Source: the human T2T-CHM13v2.0 reference genome, Homo sapiens
Direction: 5' to 3' (one strand)
Assembly: GCF_009914755.1 (NCBI RefSeq)
Contig: NC_060935.1
DNA: 64,000 nt
Shown here: positions 11,111-26,830 of the stretch, in pieces
Numbering within the stretch: the stretch's first letter is position 1
Layout: each line of letters begins with the position of its first letter
Made by a program: the position numbers and the translations under genes
Notes under the pieces: generated by a model
Databases searched by the model: none
What the model saw: the letters and a program-made list of their open reading frames with translations, nothing else
What the model was told of the DNA's origin: nothing

Positions 11111-11463
11111 CAACAGCTTTGCAGAAACTAAAGTTGGAATGGAAGACTGCTCATTCCAAATCTGTCCTATTGTCCAGCATCCTATGGCCCATTCCAGAAA
11201 GTTCAGTGGGTGTCAATTAGCTTGGCTGTAGTGACCACTCTTAAGTGTACCGTTACCTTTTATTTTAATTTGAGAAATTAAATAAAATACATCCACAGCA
11301 GTTTACAACTCTGCCATGATGTCATTTTGTCAGATGGCAAATTTCAGGAGAGGGTCAAACTCAAAAAACCCTATGTCGTTACCTGGATTTATCGAGAGGA
11401 CATCAAATCACTTAATTCTATCACGGCCCACACCCATGAATTCACTAAGTAATTATCACACAC

Positions 11464-11575
11464 CTGTCAGGATCCAGACAGTTGCTGAGGACCAAGATCC
11501 AGACGAGACTGACAGAGCTTCTATTCCCCGGCACCCTCCGTGAACTTGGGCACCCAAAACTAAGGGATCTGAAAC
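11464..11575 (-). CDS. TP53AIP1: TP53AIP1 second coding exon (VSDPLVLGAQ...ATVWILT)
   Basis: CAG acceptor, 112 nt, phase 0/1, G|GTGTGT donor; translation matches p53AIP1. Confidence 0.95.
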
Positions 11576-12417
11576 CTGAGAGGAAATGGAAGCAGACTGT
11601 GAGGCCCTGCAGCGCCGTCTCTTGGATGGTTTATTCTTCTCTGGCAGGTTTTCCCCTAGGTATTCATGGCATCCAGGGGCATTTCACCTCAGCAAAGTGA
11701 TGACGCTGCCACTCAGGTTCCCATGGAAACCAAACTGGGACAGGAGGAACAAAAGGCTCCTCAAGGTCAGTGGTGCAAAGGACATTAGAGACAAAGACAG
11801 AGACAGCAAATCAGCCCAAAGAACAGACATAAACCGGCGCTTCCTCCCTCCCATCACCACAGCTCGGGGCTTTGTCACCCCAGCACACCTGGGCCCTGCA
11901 CCTCAGACGCTGCGTGTGAGCTTCTGGGGAGAGAAGTGTGGGCCTCCAGGGAGGTGTAGGCGCTCCTGGCTCCTGGCAGACTCCTGGCCCAGGCCTGGCC
12001 TGTGTCTGCTTCCGGAGCCATGCGCTGCCTGTGCTGGGATGAATGCATGGCCCCTGCATCCTTACCCCCTCCTCAGAGCCCACAAGCTTCCGAGTGCGTC
12101 ATCTTCATTATTGGCCACAGGAAACGACTTCTTGGAGTAAGTGACTGGTGCTCCGAGGCCCATCTGGACAAAAGCAGGATCCGGGGTGGACGCAGAAGAG
12201 CAGGCCCGGAGCCCTGCACCCCAGCCTTCCCTCCCCATGCGCTCCACATGCGTCCTTTGTTCAGCCTCTCCATTTAGCTCTCACTTTCTGGATGCAGCCA
12301 GGCACCACCTTCCTTCCAAAAGCCTTGTTTCTCAGAAAACCTTTCTGCCTCCTAGAAACCCAGGATTCCGAGGAGGAGGAGGGCTGGCCTTCCTCTTGGG
12401 ACTATTGATCAGGGCTG

Positions 12418-12744
12418 TCAGTTCCCAGCTCTGTCCAATGCTCTGAACTGGGGACAGTCCGCATGCAGCTCTGAGGACCCAGATGCTGTCACTGGGTCCT
12501 GGTGAGTCTGAAAACTTGGGATGTCGGCACCACGGTGAGAGCAGAGTCTGCCCGGGGCTGTGGCAGGCAAAAGACCGTCTCGGTTTTCACTGCAGGGACT
12601 TACCCAGCCAGGTGTGTGTGTCTGAGCCCTGCCATTCGGAGGCATCACCGAGAGGTTCTGGTCTCCCCTGCCCAGGCCCTGCCTCCTGGCCCCACTGCAG
12701 GAAGCTTGAGCAGATCTGAAGCTCGCCTCAGAGGAAGATCCCAT
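12418..12744 (-). CDS. TP53AIP1: TP53AIP1 gamma-type isoform, 108 aa, reads through into intron 2
   Basis: ORF track entry 12418..12744 (108 aa) matches the length and N-terminus of p53AIP1 gamma. Confidence 0.85.
   Translation of the reverse strand: MGSSSEASFRSAQASCSGARRQGLGRGDQNLSVMPPNGRAQTHTPGWVSPCSENRDGLLPATAPGRLCSHRGADIPSFQTHQDPVTASGSSELHADCPQFRALDRAGN
12604..12744 (-). CDS. TP53AIP1: TP53AIP1 first coding exon (aa 1-47); exon begins about 12820
   Basis: ATG at 12744; TGG|GTAAGT donor after 12604; acceptor TTTTGTTTGTTTTTAG before 12820. Confidence 0.95.
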
Positions 12745-15281
12745 CCAGGGGAGGCCCTGTCTGCAGAAAGCAGAGAACTTGGCTTCTCCTCATTTGTTGT
12801 TAGGGCCAGTCCCTAAGGGACTAAAAACAAACAAAACAGGCTATGAACAGAAGCAGTGGTGGCAGCGCTGGGCCAGCAATGATGATTTCTACTGTTAGGG
12901 TTTCAGTTGTACTTGGATCTGGGAGGGGGAAGCCGATGCACCCAGAGACCCTAGGGCTGGGCTGTAACCACACACCTGAGGAGATGCTTTGGGAAACTCA
13001 AACTGAAGCCATTTGTGCTGAATTTGGGGAAAGGGGGTGGGATGATGGAGTTAGGAGCGTTGTCGTTAACTGGTCATTAATTAGATATTAACTAGGCATT
13101 AACTAGACTTTCGGGGAAGCAACAAGGCCTCTGTGTCCACGGTTGTAAGGTGTGGGCTACCCTGATGAGGGGTGCTCCAGCTGTATTCATGATTCACATT
13201 CATTCATTACATGCCTGATCTCTATCTCAGAGGCCCGGCCTTCTGTTAGTAAGCTCTCAGATTCAGGGAAAGGAGTCTCAGAGAACTCCACATCCGTGTG
13301 GAGTCAGACGGATCAGAGCAGAACACAGAGCTGCCTTCTCTGTCCTGCTCTCTCTCCCACTCACCTGCTCAGAGGTTGCCAGCCGGGCCCTGTCTCCCTC
13401 TCTGCCCTCCTGGGTATCACGGTCCCTCAACCCAGGGAAGCTGGTGCCCTCACTTGTCTCCCATAGTCCTGTGTCATCTGGGCTTCTGTGGCCCCTCTCA
13501 GCTTTCAGGACCATCCAGTCTTCCCCGTCCCTGTTCTTTCTCTCGCAAGTCCCCGGTGGCCCAGGGTCTAGGGAGAAGCTGCATTCTGAGCTACTGCCCA
13601 CATCGCTTCCCCAGGGCGGCGGGAGCTCTGGAATGGCAGGCCCCGTCCTTGACAGCCTATCCATGACCTCCAGGGGCAGCTCACAGCAGCGCCACCTGCA
13701 TCACCCACAGAATGGAGGGAGACAGCGGCTCTCCACACAAAGGCACTGAGAAAAAAGAATACCCTGAAAGCCACACAGGTCTCAGGGCAGCAGGGAGTGG
13801 GAGCACTCATCACAGGCCAGAAGCCCAGCAAGTAGCATCAGACACCTCAGGTTAAAGAGAACGTAGAGATTGTCGCTTCCCACCCTCCCCATTCTAGTCA
13901 ATTCGGACCAGTTTGGTACATGCTGGCCATGTGCGGTGACCACGCTAAGTACTGTGCGTGTACCATTTCTCGGAATACTTCCTGCAACCTTATGAAGTTC
14001 TCGCCCAATTTAACAAGCACTAACCAAACTCAGAAGGCATTTACCCAATGCTGCACGTTACGAAAATGTAAAAGAACGAACACGGCTTCAATACCAGGAT
14101 TGAGCCCAAAGGTCACGTTCTTTCCCTGCGGCTCCCTTCCCCATCTGGTTCTGGGGAAGACACTCTGCACGCAGCCCCCAGGAGACCACAGGCCCTGGAC
14201 TCCCAAATCCCAGCAGCAATGCAAAGCCACCCCCAGAAGAGCTGCCCAGGACAAGTGATCCTGCGGCCCATTGCTCACTCCCCGCAGAGGCAGGGGCAGC
14301 TGACTGCTGTCCCAGATGGACATAGAAGGTCACCATGTGGCCTGCTGGGGTCTGCAGGATAGAAGGCGTGAGGTGAAGAGTTTGAGCTGGTGCCTACACC
14401 TCCGTCTTCCAGCCACTGAAAACAGGATTCTCCAGAGTTCACACCTATGCATCTGGTTCAATGCTGGGCATTTTGTCAGGCCACAAGCCAGCAGCCATGC
14501 AGCGGATGCACCTGTAGATGATGCACTGCCTTACTGTCCAGACAGAACAAAAGGGATCCCCTTTCCAACCCGAAACTGTCGGATTCTCTAAGAGGTCCGT
14601 CACAACCCATCTTAATGCAAGAGGGACTGTGGCTCTTCTGGAAACACGATGCCTCGGTGCCATGAAATGACAGCTGCTTCTTTTGAAGAACTGGGCTATT
14701 CCCATGTAAAGCTGGCTGCAATGGATGATGTTTCTGACTCATACTCTGGCTTTAAAATCAAAGTGTTTGTTAGAAAGCAGCTTTGTTTTCCTTCTATTTC
14801 CTGTTTGAAAAGTGAAGCGTTAACACGAAGGAGGGTCCCAGCGGAGTTCATGCCGGGACTCAGGTTGCACACGGCCAGTGGTCCCGGGATATCCAGGGAG
14901 CCACTCAGAGGGGACACTTCCAGCTGCCATGCAAACTCATCATGCACCCAGCCCCCCCTTGCTCCAGCTCTGACCATAGTGCCCTCAACACAGGGCCCTG
15001 GGCAGCTACCCTCAAACACCTGGATGCCAAGCATGAGAGGGAACCAACTTGCCCTCCCTGGTCTATTATCACAAAGAACCTTGGAGCCCCTGCACAGGAA
15101 CCCACTCCTTAGAGGGCACAAGGGGCCAAGTTTTGTTTGAGACAATGAGCTGGCATTGGAAGGGAGAGATGACAGCTATCCTCTGTCCTGCTTCCAGGGC
15201 AGGGCAGAGCAAGCTGCTTTTGGCCCCGTCTCTGAGGCAGACATGAGCACACTTGTCTCAGGCAGAAGCAGCCTTAGATGG

Positions 15282-15644
15282 TGTTATGGTTTGAACGTGT
15301 TTCCCCCGCAAAATCCAGGTGTTGCCAATGTGCTAGCATTAAGAGGTGGGGCCTTAAGAGGGGATTAGGCCATGAATGGAATCAGGTGTCCTGATGTAGG
15401 TGCTGTGTGGAGGGAGTACATTCACTCGTTGCCCTTCCACCTTCAGCCATGTGAGGACGGCAGCCTTTGTCCCTTCTGGAGGACGCAGCAGCAAGGCACC
15501 ATCATGAAAGCAGAGACTGGAGCCATCACCAGGCACAGAACCTGCTGGCACCTGGCTCCAGAGCTGTGGGAAGATACATTTCTGTCCTTTGTGAATCGCC
15601 CACTCTCCGGGGTTGTGTGAGAGCAGCACAAAATGGACTGGGAC
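15282..15644 (+). mobile_element. MST-family MaLR solo LTR in TP53AIP1 intron 1
   Basis: TGTTATGGTTTGAA...AAATGGACTGGGACA; near-TSD GATGG/GCTGG. Confidence 0.8.
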
Positions 15645-15831
15645 AGCTGGAATGTCAGTTTGCAACAGTCCCCACCCACACACTCAAGGCATGCCACGGC
15701 GGCCACGCTGGGTGCCTTTCCGCAGGTGCCCAGGCATCAGGAGCACTGGCCCAGTCTCGAGGGGCGTTCATGTCAGGGAGGTGCCCCCGCTAGTGTCAGC
15801 TTCAGCGCCGCCAGCATCAGGAAGTTCATCT

Positions 15832-15851
15832 CGACAAGCCCGGGCAAGAGA
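15832..15851. promoter_or_regulatory. p53 response element in TP53AIP1 intron 1
   Basis: CGACAAGCCC GGGCAAGAGA (reverse complement TCTCTTGCCC GGGCTTGTCG): two CWWG half-sites with no spacer, matching the intron-1 element as I recall it. Confidence 0.88.
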
Positions 15852-17363
15852 GGAGGCGGTGAGATCACCTCCTACCCATCCAGAGATCCCCCGACTTTGG
15901 AGTAGTCTGAAGGACTTGAGACTCCTGAAGTGAGAGGGGACAGAGCTAGGAGAAGGGAGGGCAGCCAGAAGGGCAGGGGTGCAGGGGGCGGGATGAGGAG
16001 AGCCAGGCTGGCATTAGCAAGAGCTTCTTCATGTCCTTTTGGCCCAAGGGGGCCGTGTTCTCTGAGGAAATGGGACTTGCTCCAGGGAAGAGGAAGAGCT
16101 CAGCATCCACTTTCCCTCTGCCGAACAGCTCCTGGGGAAAGCCCACCACTGTCTTCTTGCCCCGCTCTGTGCCCTCACACAAGCGATTCTCTCCACCTGC
16201 GATGTGTTTCCTCTCCCTCCCCTGGCCAGTGTCCATGGGTTCTCTGAGACGGAACAGGAAGTATTTTAAGGAAGACCTCCCTAACCTCCTCCCAGCTGGG
16301 TGGATCCCTCCCTCTGGGCCCCCACACATCTCAGTTTCAAAAGACCATTCACATTGTAGTCTAAATTAGTGGATCCCTGGTGTGTGATGTGTGCAGTTAT
16401 AATGGGTTGCCTCAGCCCCCAACGCACCTTTCATTGCCTTCTTCTGTGATAATGCCCCTGGGCCCTGTACCCATTTCTCCCTTGCCAGCTGGCATGATGT
16501 TTAGCCCTGTGCAGAGGCAGGGGCCTCTCCCCGGTTCCGACATTTCTTTCTCTGCTTGCCCCGGCTGCTGGGGGGACATGAGGGACACTTGGCCCTGTTC
16601 TCTCTTCAGCAATAATTAGTCCCAGCCCAGGTTCCTGGCCTGCTGCTCCCTGAGGAGGGTTTGCCAGTGCCAGCCCGTGCTTCCTTGTACCAGGACTTGG
16701 TCTGCTGGGACCCAGTGGAAAGCCCACGGCTGCCGCCCCCACCCACCTTCCCCTGCTTGCCAGCCACAGTCACCAGCTGTAGACTTGTGTGGCTGTGCTG
16801 CGGAAGCAGATCTGGGTGGAGGAGGGCCCCACGCACAGACGTGAATATGAAGGGACCCTCTAGAGGTTGTGGCAAACACAGGTGCCCCGCCCCATGCCCT
16901 GTCTGCAGTCACAGCCCTTCCTACATGGAGGGTGCTATCATCAATCTTCTGGGGGGCTGTGGACACTCTGCATCCCCATACCTGTGGCAGTCCTGGCACA
17001 CGGTAAGCTCTCAGTAAGTGTGGTGAGTCACTGCTGAAGGAACTAACAAATAAACCTCCCACCACCAACCACAGGTAGCTGGGGCAGAACTAGGGAACTG
17101 CTGAAAGGAGGCTGGTGAACCCTGCCATGACATGCCCGCTGTGCCCAGGACCCAGGCTCCCACAGCTCGCGTCCTTCCTCTATCCCAGATCCATTCAAAG
17201 TGAAGTGGCCTCCATACAGGCTTCCCTAGGGGCCCTGCTCAGTGTCCATGAGGCCACCATGCCGCCGTTCACCAGGGGACGTGAGAAAGGGGCTGGCCTG
17301 TGGACCAGGACTGACCCAGGTCTGAGCCCCAGCTCAGCGGTCGGCTAGCTGTGCGAGCTTGCG

Positions 17364-17542
17364 CAGTAGCTCCCCAAGTGTGGCTCAGGACGCACAGCAT
17401 CGGCGTCAGCATCGCCCAGGAACCTGTTAGAGATACACATTTTTGGCCCCAACCTGCATCGACCAAGTCAGAAATTCTGCAGTGTGTGTTTTCGTAAGTC
17501 CTCCAGGTGACTCTGATGTACTCTCAGGGTTCAGAACCATTG
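17364..17542. mobile_element. MER5A-like hAT element
   Basis: CAGTAG.. start, CAGCATC..GGAACCTGTTAGA, CTCCAGGTGACTCTGATG...AGAACCATTG end. Confidence 0.7.
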
Positions 17543-17719
17543 AGAGAGAGCAGTTTAGCTGACCTCCTCCAGGCCTCACCTGCGCATGGTCACGACTGTA
17601 CTTTCCGCACACAGTCGCCGAGATGCGTGTGAAACCCCAAGCACAAAGCAGAGTGAATCGCAGTGGCCAGAGCATACCTGAAGCACCAGCGCTGGTCCCC
17701 TCCCTCCCCCTCTCCTCAC

Positions 17720-17850
17720 CTGCCTCCTAGGAGTCGGAGGGTCCGTGGAAATGGTCTCCTCCTGCACATCTGTGCTGCTGTGACTGGGTGCAGGTCTGAG
17801 CAGAGGCTTTCGGAGTGAGCTGAGCAGGCGAGCCCGAGCACGGCCTCTCA
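17720..17850 (-). other. TP53AIP1: TP53AIP1 non-coding exon 1 (TSS approximate)
   Basis: CAG|GTGAG donor with the exon ending at 17720, in a relatively CpG-rich region upstream of the p53 element. Competing donors lie near 17678 and 17580. Confidence 0.55.
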
Positions 17851-19180
17851 GGGAGCGAGCCCATAGGCTGGGGAGCCGTCCCTGGAGATGCCCCTGGGCT
17901 CCTTGCGGGGCATGGCTGAGTTCCTGCCTGTCCTTGGCAGGCCCGCAGTGGTGGGGTGGCTCAGGCAGTTACCCTTTTCACAACCAGTGCTGCTGGGGGT
18001 GAAGGCAACGGGTGGGTGAGCACGGACAGTGTGAGCCACGTGGCCGGGAGCTGGGCCAGCTCGCTGTATGTGCACATCGTTTCCATGTGTGCAGCAGAAA
18101 TTGGCGTCTCTGCACAAAGCTGATTTTAGTCTTTCTCACCTTTTCTTGCTCAGCTTAAAATAGGCCTCTCTTCAGGGACAAGGTGGCCTTATACCAAGCC
18201 AAAGTGCTGAGGGCGCAGGGAGACCCGCGAGACAGGGCCCCCTGAAGTCCTGGCGGTTTCTAGCCAGCCTCTTGAAATTGACTTGAAGGTGTTTACCTTG
18301 CAGATTATTTTTTCCAACTTCCCACACTCTGCTTCCCGCACTCTGTCCTTCCTCAAGGCTGGCACGCTCATCAGTTGACTTCATCTCTCCCTAATGGCAA
18401 GGCCTGACCCAGAAAGAAATGCAACTCAGATCCCGGCTCAAATGAGGCTGGGAAAGCTGATGCCTGTAAGACCGACAAAGACGGTGCAAGGTGAGGTGAA
18501 CGCCGCTGTGTCTGGGTGCCGGGCTCCCTTGTCGAGTTGACCCTGAGTCTGCATCAGCTCAAACGCAGTTCCCGGTTCCCCACTGAGATTCCCACTCCCG
18601 CCTGGAGGGGAGACGTGCCTGCCTTTTGAATGAAGCGTTGCACACTAGACATAGTATCACAGGCAGAATTGTCATTTTTAGCCTTTTTACATGTTGCCAA
18701 CTTTCAGACATACTATTCCGTTTTATCCCTCCAAATTCCTCAAAAGCTGCTTCTATTTTGGAGCTCTTTCTTGCCAGTGCTGGGTAATTTCTCCCTAGCC
18801 ATGTTTTTATTGTAGAGAATGGAAACCTGATGTGATGAACACTCTGAGTAGAAATCCCTGGGGGCTCGCAGTTAACCGGATAAGACATCTCACCCTGAGA
18901 AACGGTCCCAATTTCCTTTTAAAAATTCATTGTCTCTCTGAGATACATACATATTTCCTTGTCTCATTCCAGAATCAAAAGTTCTAATGTTGCAAAGAAT
19001 AATTTTTGTCCAAATATGTTTTCTTCCTGGTGTTCCAGAGAGTCTGGGATAGCAAGAGGTGTGGAGCTTTGGTCCTCGGGTGACTCTGATTCCATCGTTC
19101 CTCCAGCAACCAGGGAGCAATCACTGCTGGGCAGGGAACACCTGCTTCCTCCCTGGGCTTCCAGCCTTCCCCTAGCAATC

Positions 19181-19500
19181 TTTTTTTTTTTTTTTTTTTT
19201 GAGACAGAGTCTCACTCTGTCACCCCGGCTGGAGTGCAGTGGTGCCATCTCAGCACACCGCAACCTCCAGCACACTGCAACCTCCACCTCCTGGGTTCAA
19301 ACAATTCTCCTGCCTCAGCCTCCGGAGTAGCTGGGATTATAGGCACCCACCACTACACCCAGCTAACTTTTGTATTTTTTAGTAGAGATGGGGTTTTACC
19401 ATGTTGGCCAGGCTGGTCTCGAACTCCTGACCTCAAGTGATCTGCCCACCTCAGCATCCCAAAGAGCTGGGATTACAGGCATGAGCTACCGCACCTGGCC
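19181..19500 (-). mobile_element. AluS with an internal 17-bp duplication (19251-19284)
   Basis: Reverse Alu; CAGCACACYGCAACCTC twice. Confidence 0.93.
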
Positions 19501-19532
19501 CCCAACACTCCTTTTTAAGACCCATTTGAAAA

Positions 19533-19570
19533 TAATGACAAAAACCACAATTACTTTTGCACCAAGTTTA
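19533..19570. mobile_element. Half MADE1 / Hsmar1 terminal inverted repeat
   Basis: TAATGACAAAAACCACAATTACTTTTGCACCAA matches the MADE1 right half. Confidence 0.8.
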
Positions 19571-20972
19571 ACCACAGTTTACCAGTGTGCGGTTACTGTG
19601 GCTTGAACATTGTTATCCATGCATGGTACTTCTCTTAAAATTTGCTCCCATGCAATCAGAACACTTCTATACAGCCTGTCTCCTTAGATAGACTTGACCA
19701 TCCTTCTCTGCTCTTGCATCTACTGCTTGGGGCGAGGGCAGGGTCTGGCCCCTGGGGATAGGCCAGACAGGCTCACCAATTGGACAAATGGATTCAGGTC
19801 AGCTTTGTAGACTTGGCCTATTCCCATCTCTTGACACAGCGGGAAAGTCTTGCTTCCTGCCAATTATCCTCTGCTAAGCCATATTCAGCATTTCAGTTTT
19901 TATAAGAGAACCATGAATTCAAGGGTATTGGGCTTAGTCTGAGCTACTAACAATGGGTTACTTTTCTTACTTTTGCCTATTAGAGCTTGGGGACAGAGCT
20001 CCTCCAATTAGACCCTCAAAGCAACAATGAGTGAACAGCAGGCCAAGATCCAGGCATTCCCAGGCCTGGCCTAATGTCACCCTAGTCCTTGACCCTGCCT
20101 GCTGGACTTTAGGACATGAAGGGGTTAGACATGGATGAGGTTAGAGAGGTGTTTGCATGCCAGAAGACGGTGAGTGTCCGGGCCACATCGAGGCGCTGGA
20201 ACATCCTGCAGTGCTGTGCGTCTTAGAACATGCCCACAGCCCACCTGCCCCAGAGCAGTCTGAGTGTTAAATGTGTTGGTTCTTGAACCGCATTCCGGGT
20301 CTGCTGGATCAGAATCTTTGTGGGTGGGGCCCAGGAACTTCCATTCTAGGAGGTTCTTGTGCCTACGTCACTGATCAGGATGTTAACTGAATAATCTAAG
20401 CCAAGGGATGGTGTCATCAGATTGGCCACTTTGGTCATGTTTTGTGGGACGGATTTTAAAAACTGGAGGCCAGACAAGCGATTGCTGTAGTGCTGCAGGT
20501 GACAGACCTTGATGAGCTGAGCTCAATCATCAGGCGGGGTACAGCGAGACAAGGAGGCCAGGGCAAGTCTCTGGCTTGAGTGACCAAGTAAATAGAGGAT
20601 AATTAGGGGATTCAGAAACAGGGGCTGAGTTGAGGGGCCTGTGGGATCTCCAGATGGGAGCAGTCCAGCAGGAAGTAGGATCCATGGACCTGGAGCTTAG
20701 GAGAAAGTTCCAAGCAAAAGATCCAAATAGGTGGGAAAGGAAATCTTTAAAGTAGATGCAATTTCTCAGGAAGAATGTGAGAGCAAAGAAAAGGCACTGA
20801 GGCCAAAGCTTCAAGAACACCAACATTAAAGGGCTAGGCAGAAGGGAAGTTGCCCAGTGCATGGGGGCTTATATGGGAAAGCATGTTTTCATGTGTCTGC
20901 TTCAGATAAATTTATATTTCAATAGGACAGAATGTTTTGATGGATAGTAATCAGTCCCTGGAGCCCCATTCA

Positions 20973-21283
<311 letters not shown>

Positions 21284-21787
21284 TTATCCCAGGCTATTTA
21301 ATAAATTTGCTCAGTAATCACAATGAGATGTAGTCAATAACCAGAGTTAAATGTTCCTGTTAGGGGTAGAGGGAGAGAGGACTGAGTTGGGTGGGAGAAC
21401 AGCTCTACAATCAGTGAGAGTTGACATGATGTGGACATAGCTGTATCCTCTTCATTGAGCCTCCAGTCCCTGCACACTGAGAAAGTGAAAATGCTTTCAG
21501 TAAAATTGCCTCCAGAAAGAAATGTCACCAGCTGACCTTTTCAGATGTGAGTATAAGACACATCAAAAAGATATTCTGGAAGGACAAAGAGGAGGGTGCT
21601 TTCTACACCTCCCATTTGAGTAGGGGCAGGGAGGGTATGTGCTTTAAATGTCTCTTGGCTGGGAATAAAATGGATTTTCCTCTTTCCCACTTTATGTGGA
21701 TGTTGTTGGTAATAATTCACAAAGTATACTTCTGTTTATGCTTCAATTCCCCCTGGTAAATGTTTAACCATAATTGCACCTTAAGAA

Positions 21788-22310
21788 CAGCGGTCCTCAA
21801 CCTTTTTGGCAGCAGGGACCGGTTTCATGGAAGACAATTTTTCCATGGACTGAGGAGGGGGATGGTTTCAGGATGACTCAAGTGCATTACATTTATTGTG
21901 TACTTTATTTCTATTATTGTTACATTCTAATATATCATGAAATAATTACACAACTCACTAATGTAGAATCAGTGGGAGCCCTGAGCTTGTTTTTCTGCAA
22001 CTAGACAGTTCCATCTGGGGGTGATGGGAGACAGTGACAGATCATCAGGCATTAGATTCTCATAAAAAGCATGCAGCCTAGATCCCTCGCATGTGGAGTT
22101 CACGATAGAATTCATGCGCGCTCTTATGAGAATCGAATGCCGCCCCTGATCTGACAGGAGGTGGTGCTCAGGCAGTAAGGTGAGCGACGGGGAGTGGCTG
22201 TAAATACAGATGAAGCTTCACTGGCTCACCCACCACTCACTTCCTGCAGCCCAGTTCCTAACAGCCCACAGACCCATACCGGTCTGTGGCCCAGGGGTTG
22301 GGGATGCCTG
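21788..22310 (+). mobile_element. MER1A hAT-Charlie element, full length
   Basis: CAGCGGTCCTCAACC ... GGTTGGGGATGCCTG TIRs, 523 bp; 8-bp TSD CTTAAGAA/CCTAAGAA. Confidence 0.9.
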
Positions 22311-23866
22311 CCTAAGAAGAATAAGAATTTATATGGAGTGCTCCGCCATGTGCCAGACCTTATTCTCAATGCATAATGTACACGAACCCAGCTGTTCTGC
22401 AAAACATGTCACGGGATAGGTGTTTTTATCCTTACTTTACAGAACAGCAAACAGAGGGCTAGTGAGGTCAAATGACTTAACCAAGCTCACCACACTAGTA
22501 AGTAGCCAGCCCTGGATTCACACCCAGCCAGTCTGGCTCCTGGGCCTACTCTCTTGCCTGTTATTTTATACCACATTTATAGGTCCTAGTGGTTATTAAT
22601 AAATACAACTCTTTGGATTGTACATGTACATTAAAATTTCTCAGAGGAAGCCAAAGGTAGTCAACAACTCCAATAATGCACTGACTGTAGCATTTATGAT
22701 AAATAAGCAATCAGTGAAGCAGAATAATTCATAAGTGTTCTTTCTTGCTATTAGAAGACTTGGATGCTATAAAATATGTACATTTCACTACACCATCTTA
22801 GGCATATTTATCACCTTAGATGGTTTCACGTGTCTGCTTTTAGCTAGATTATACATTCTCTGAGGTTAAGAAGTGCACACTCCCAATATTTGGAGCCCTG
22901 GCACAGAAAGCCAGAGAAAGCCCAGTGATGCATTTTCATGGCTGAGTCACGTTATGCAGGGGAGCTCAGGAGAGCAGCTTTCAGTTCACAAAAATATTTT
23001 TAGCTATTTTCCAAGTTGGGAAATCTAAATCTAAAATATGTTTTGGGGCATTTATTTCTCTTTTAGAAGATATTTAACTACATTTTTATAACTTGAAGAG
23101 AAATGTATCCACATAGACACAATTCCAGTTGAAAGAACCCTATAGAATCCATAGTATTAAGAGCCTTTTAAAAATGTATAAAGAAAACAAGTTTTTTTTC
23201 CTGAGCCGATCTCTGAACCAAAGGGCTGTAACTGAAGTTTGACCATGACCCAAAGTTTCTTCAGAATCTCTTCGCAGCACACTGAATACCCCCACCCCCA
23301 TCAAGGGTATTCTCAGCTGCAACGCCTGCCTCCTGGACAACGACCTGGTATTAAGTGTTAAAGAATAAATGCTAGTGGTCAGAGCCCTTTTGCTGAAAGT
23401 CCCAAGAGAACTTCTGCTCCTGATCGTGCAGAATTCAGCAATTTAGAACAACCTTCCATCTGAGAAGAAATTAAAGAGGTAGATAAGGTCTTCTAAAAAT
23501 TGCTCTTGAAGGCATTATTAGCTCATTAGTGTGGTAACAAGATAATGATGAATTAGTAGGGAAAGATCTAGGAGTGAGACCAGAGGCCCAGGGAGAAGAG
23601 CCAGCAGCCAGGACCACTTTTCCACCCGAGGCCTGTGTGGATTCTAGAGGAGCTGGATGAAAGGCGGGTGGTTGCCTGCGGGGCTGAGTGCACCTGCCTT
23701 GGAGTGCAGAGCCCCCTGGTGTAGGGTGAGCCTGTGTGTGGCTGGTGGCCTGATGAACCCTCTTCCTTTTGGGTTGAGATCATGGAAAAGCTGCACCCTA
23801 GGAGCAAACTGAACAGAAGAAGACTCCTTTCAAGGCAACTGCAGTTCAGCCTTAAGCTATCTCAAT

Positions 23867-23937
23867 CTCTGAAATTGGAGGAGGGTAACTCCAAGAGTTA
23901 TCCTGTACCTCTGAAATTGGAAGAGGGTATTTCCAAG
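23867..23937 (+). repeat. Short direct duplication, 42-bp period
   Basis: CTCTGAAATTGGARGAGGGTA..TCCAAG at 23867 and 23909. Confidence 0.75.
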
Positions 23938-23949
23938 GATAGCTTGGAG

Positions 23950-26830
<2,881 letters not shown>

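Larger units (their letters stand above)
9655..17850 (-). other. TP53AIP1: TP53AIP1 gene span (approximate ends)
   Basis: Spliced exons reconstruct the known p53AIP1 proteins (MGSSSEASFRSAQASCSGARRQ...). The 5' end is inferred from the exon-1 donor and the 3' end from AATAAA at 9672-9677. Confidence 0.9.

Noticed and set aside
11586-12140. 184-aa ORF antisense within TP53AIP1 intron 2
   Set aside because: No homology or motif that I can recognise and no supporting gene structure. Only Ribo-seq or PhyloCSF could rescue it.
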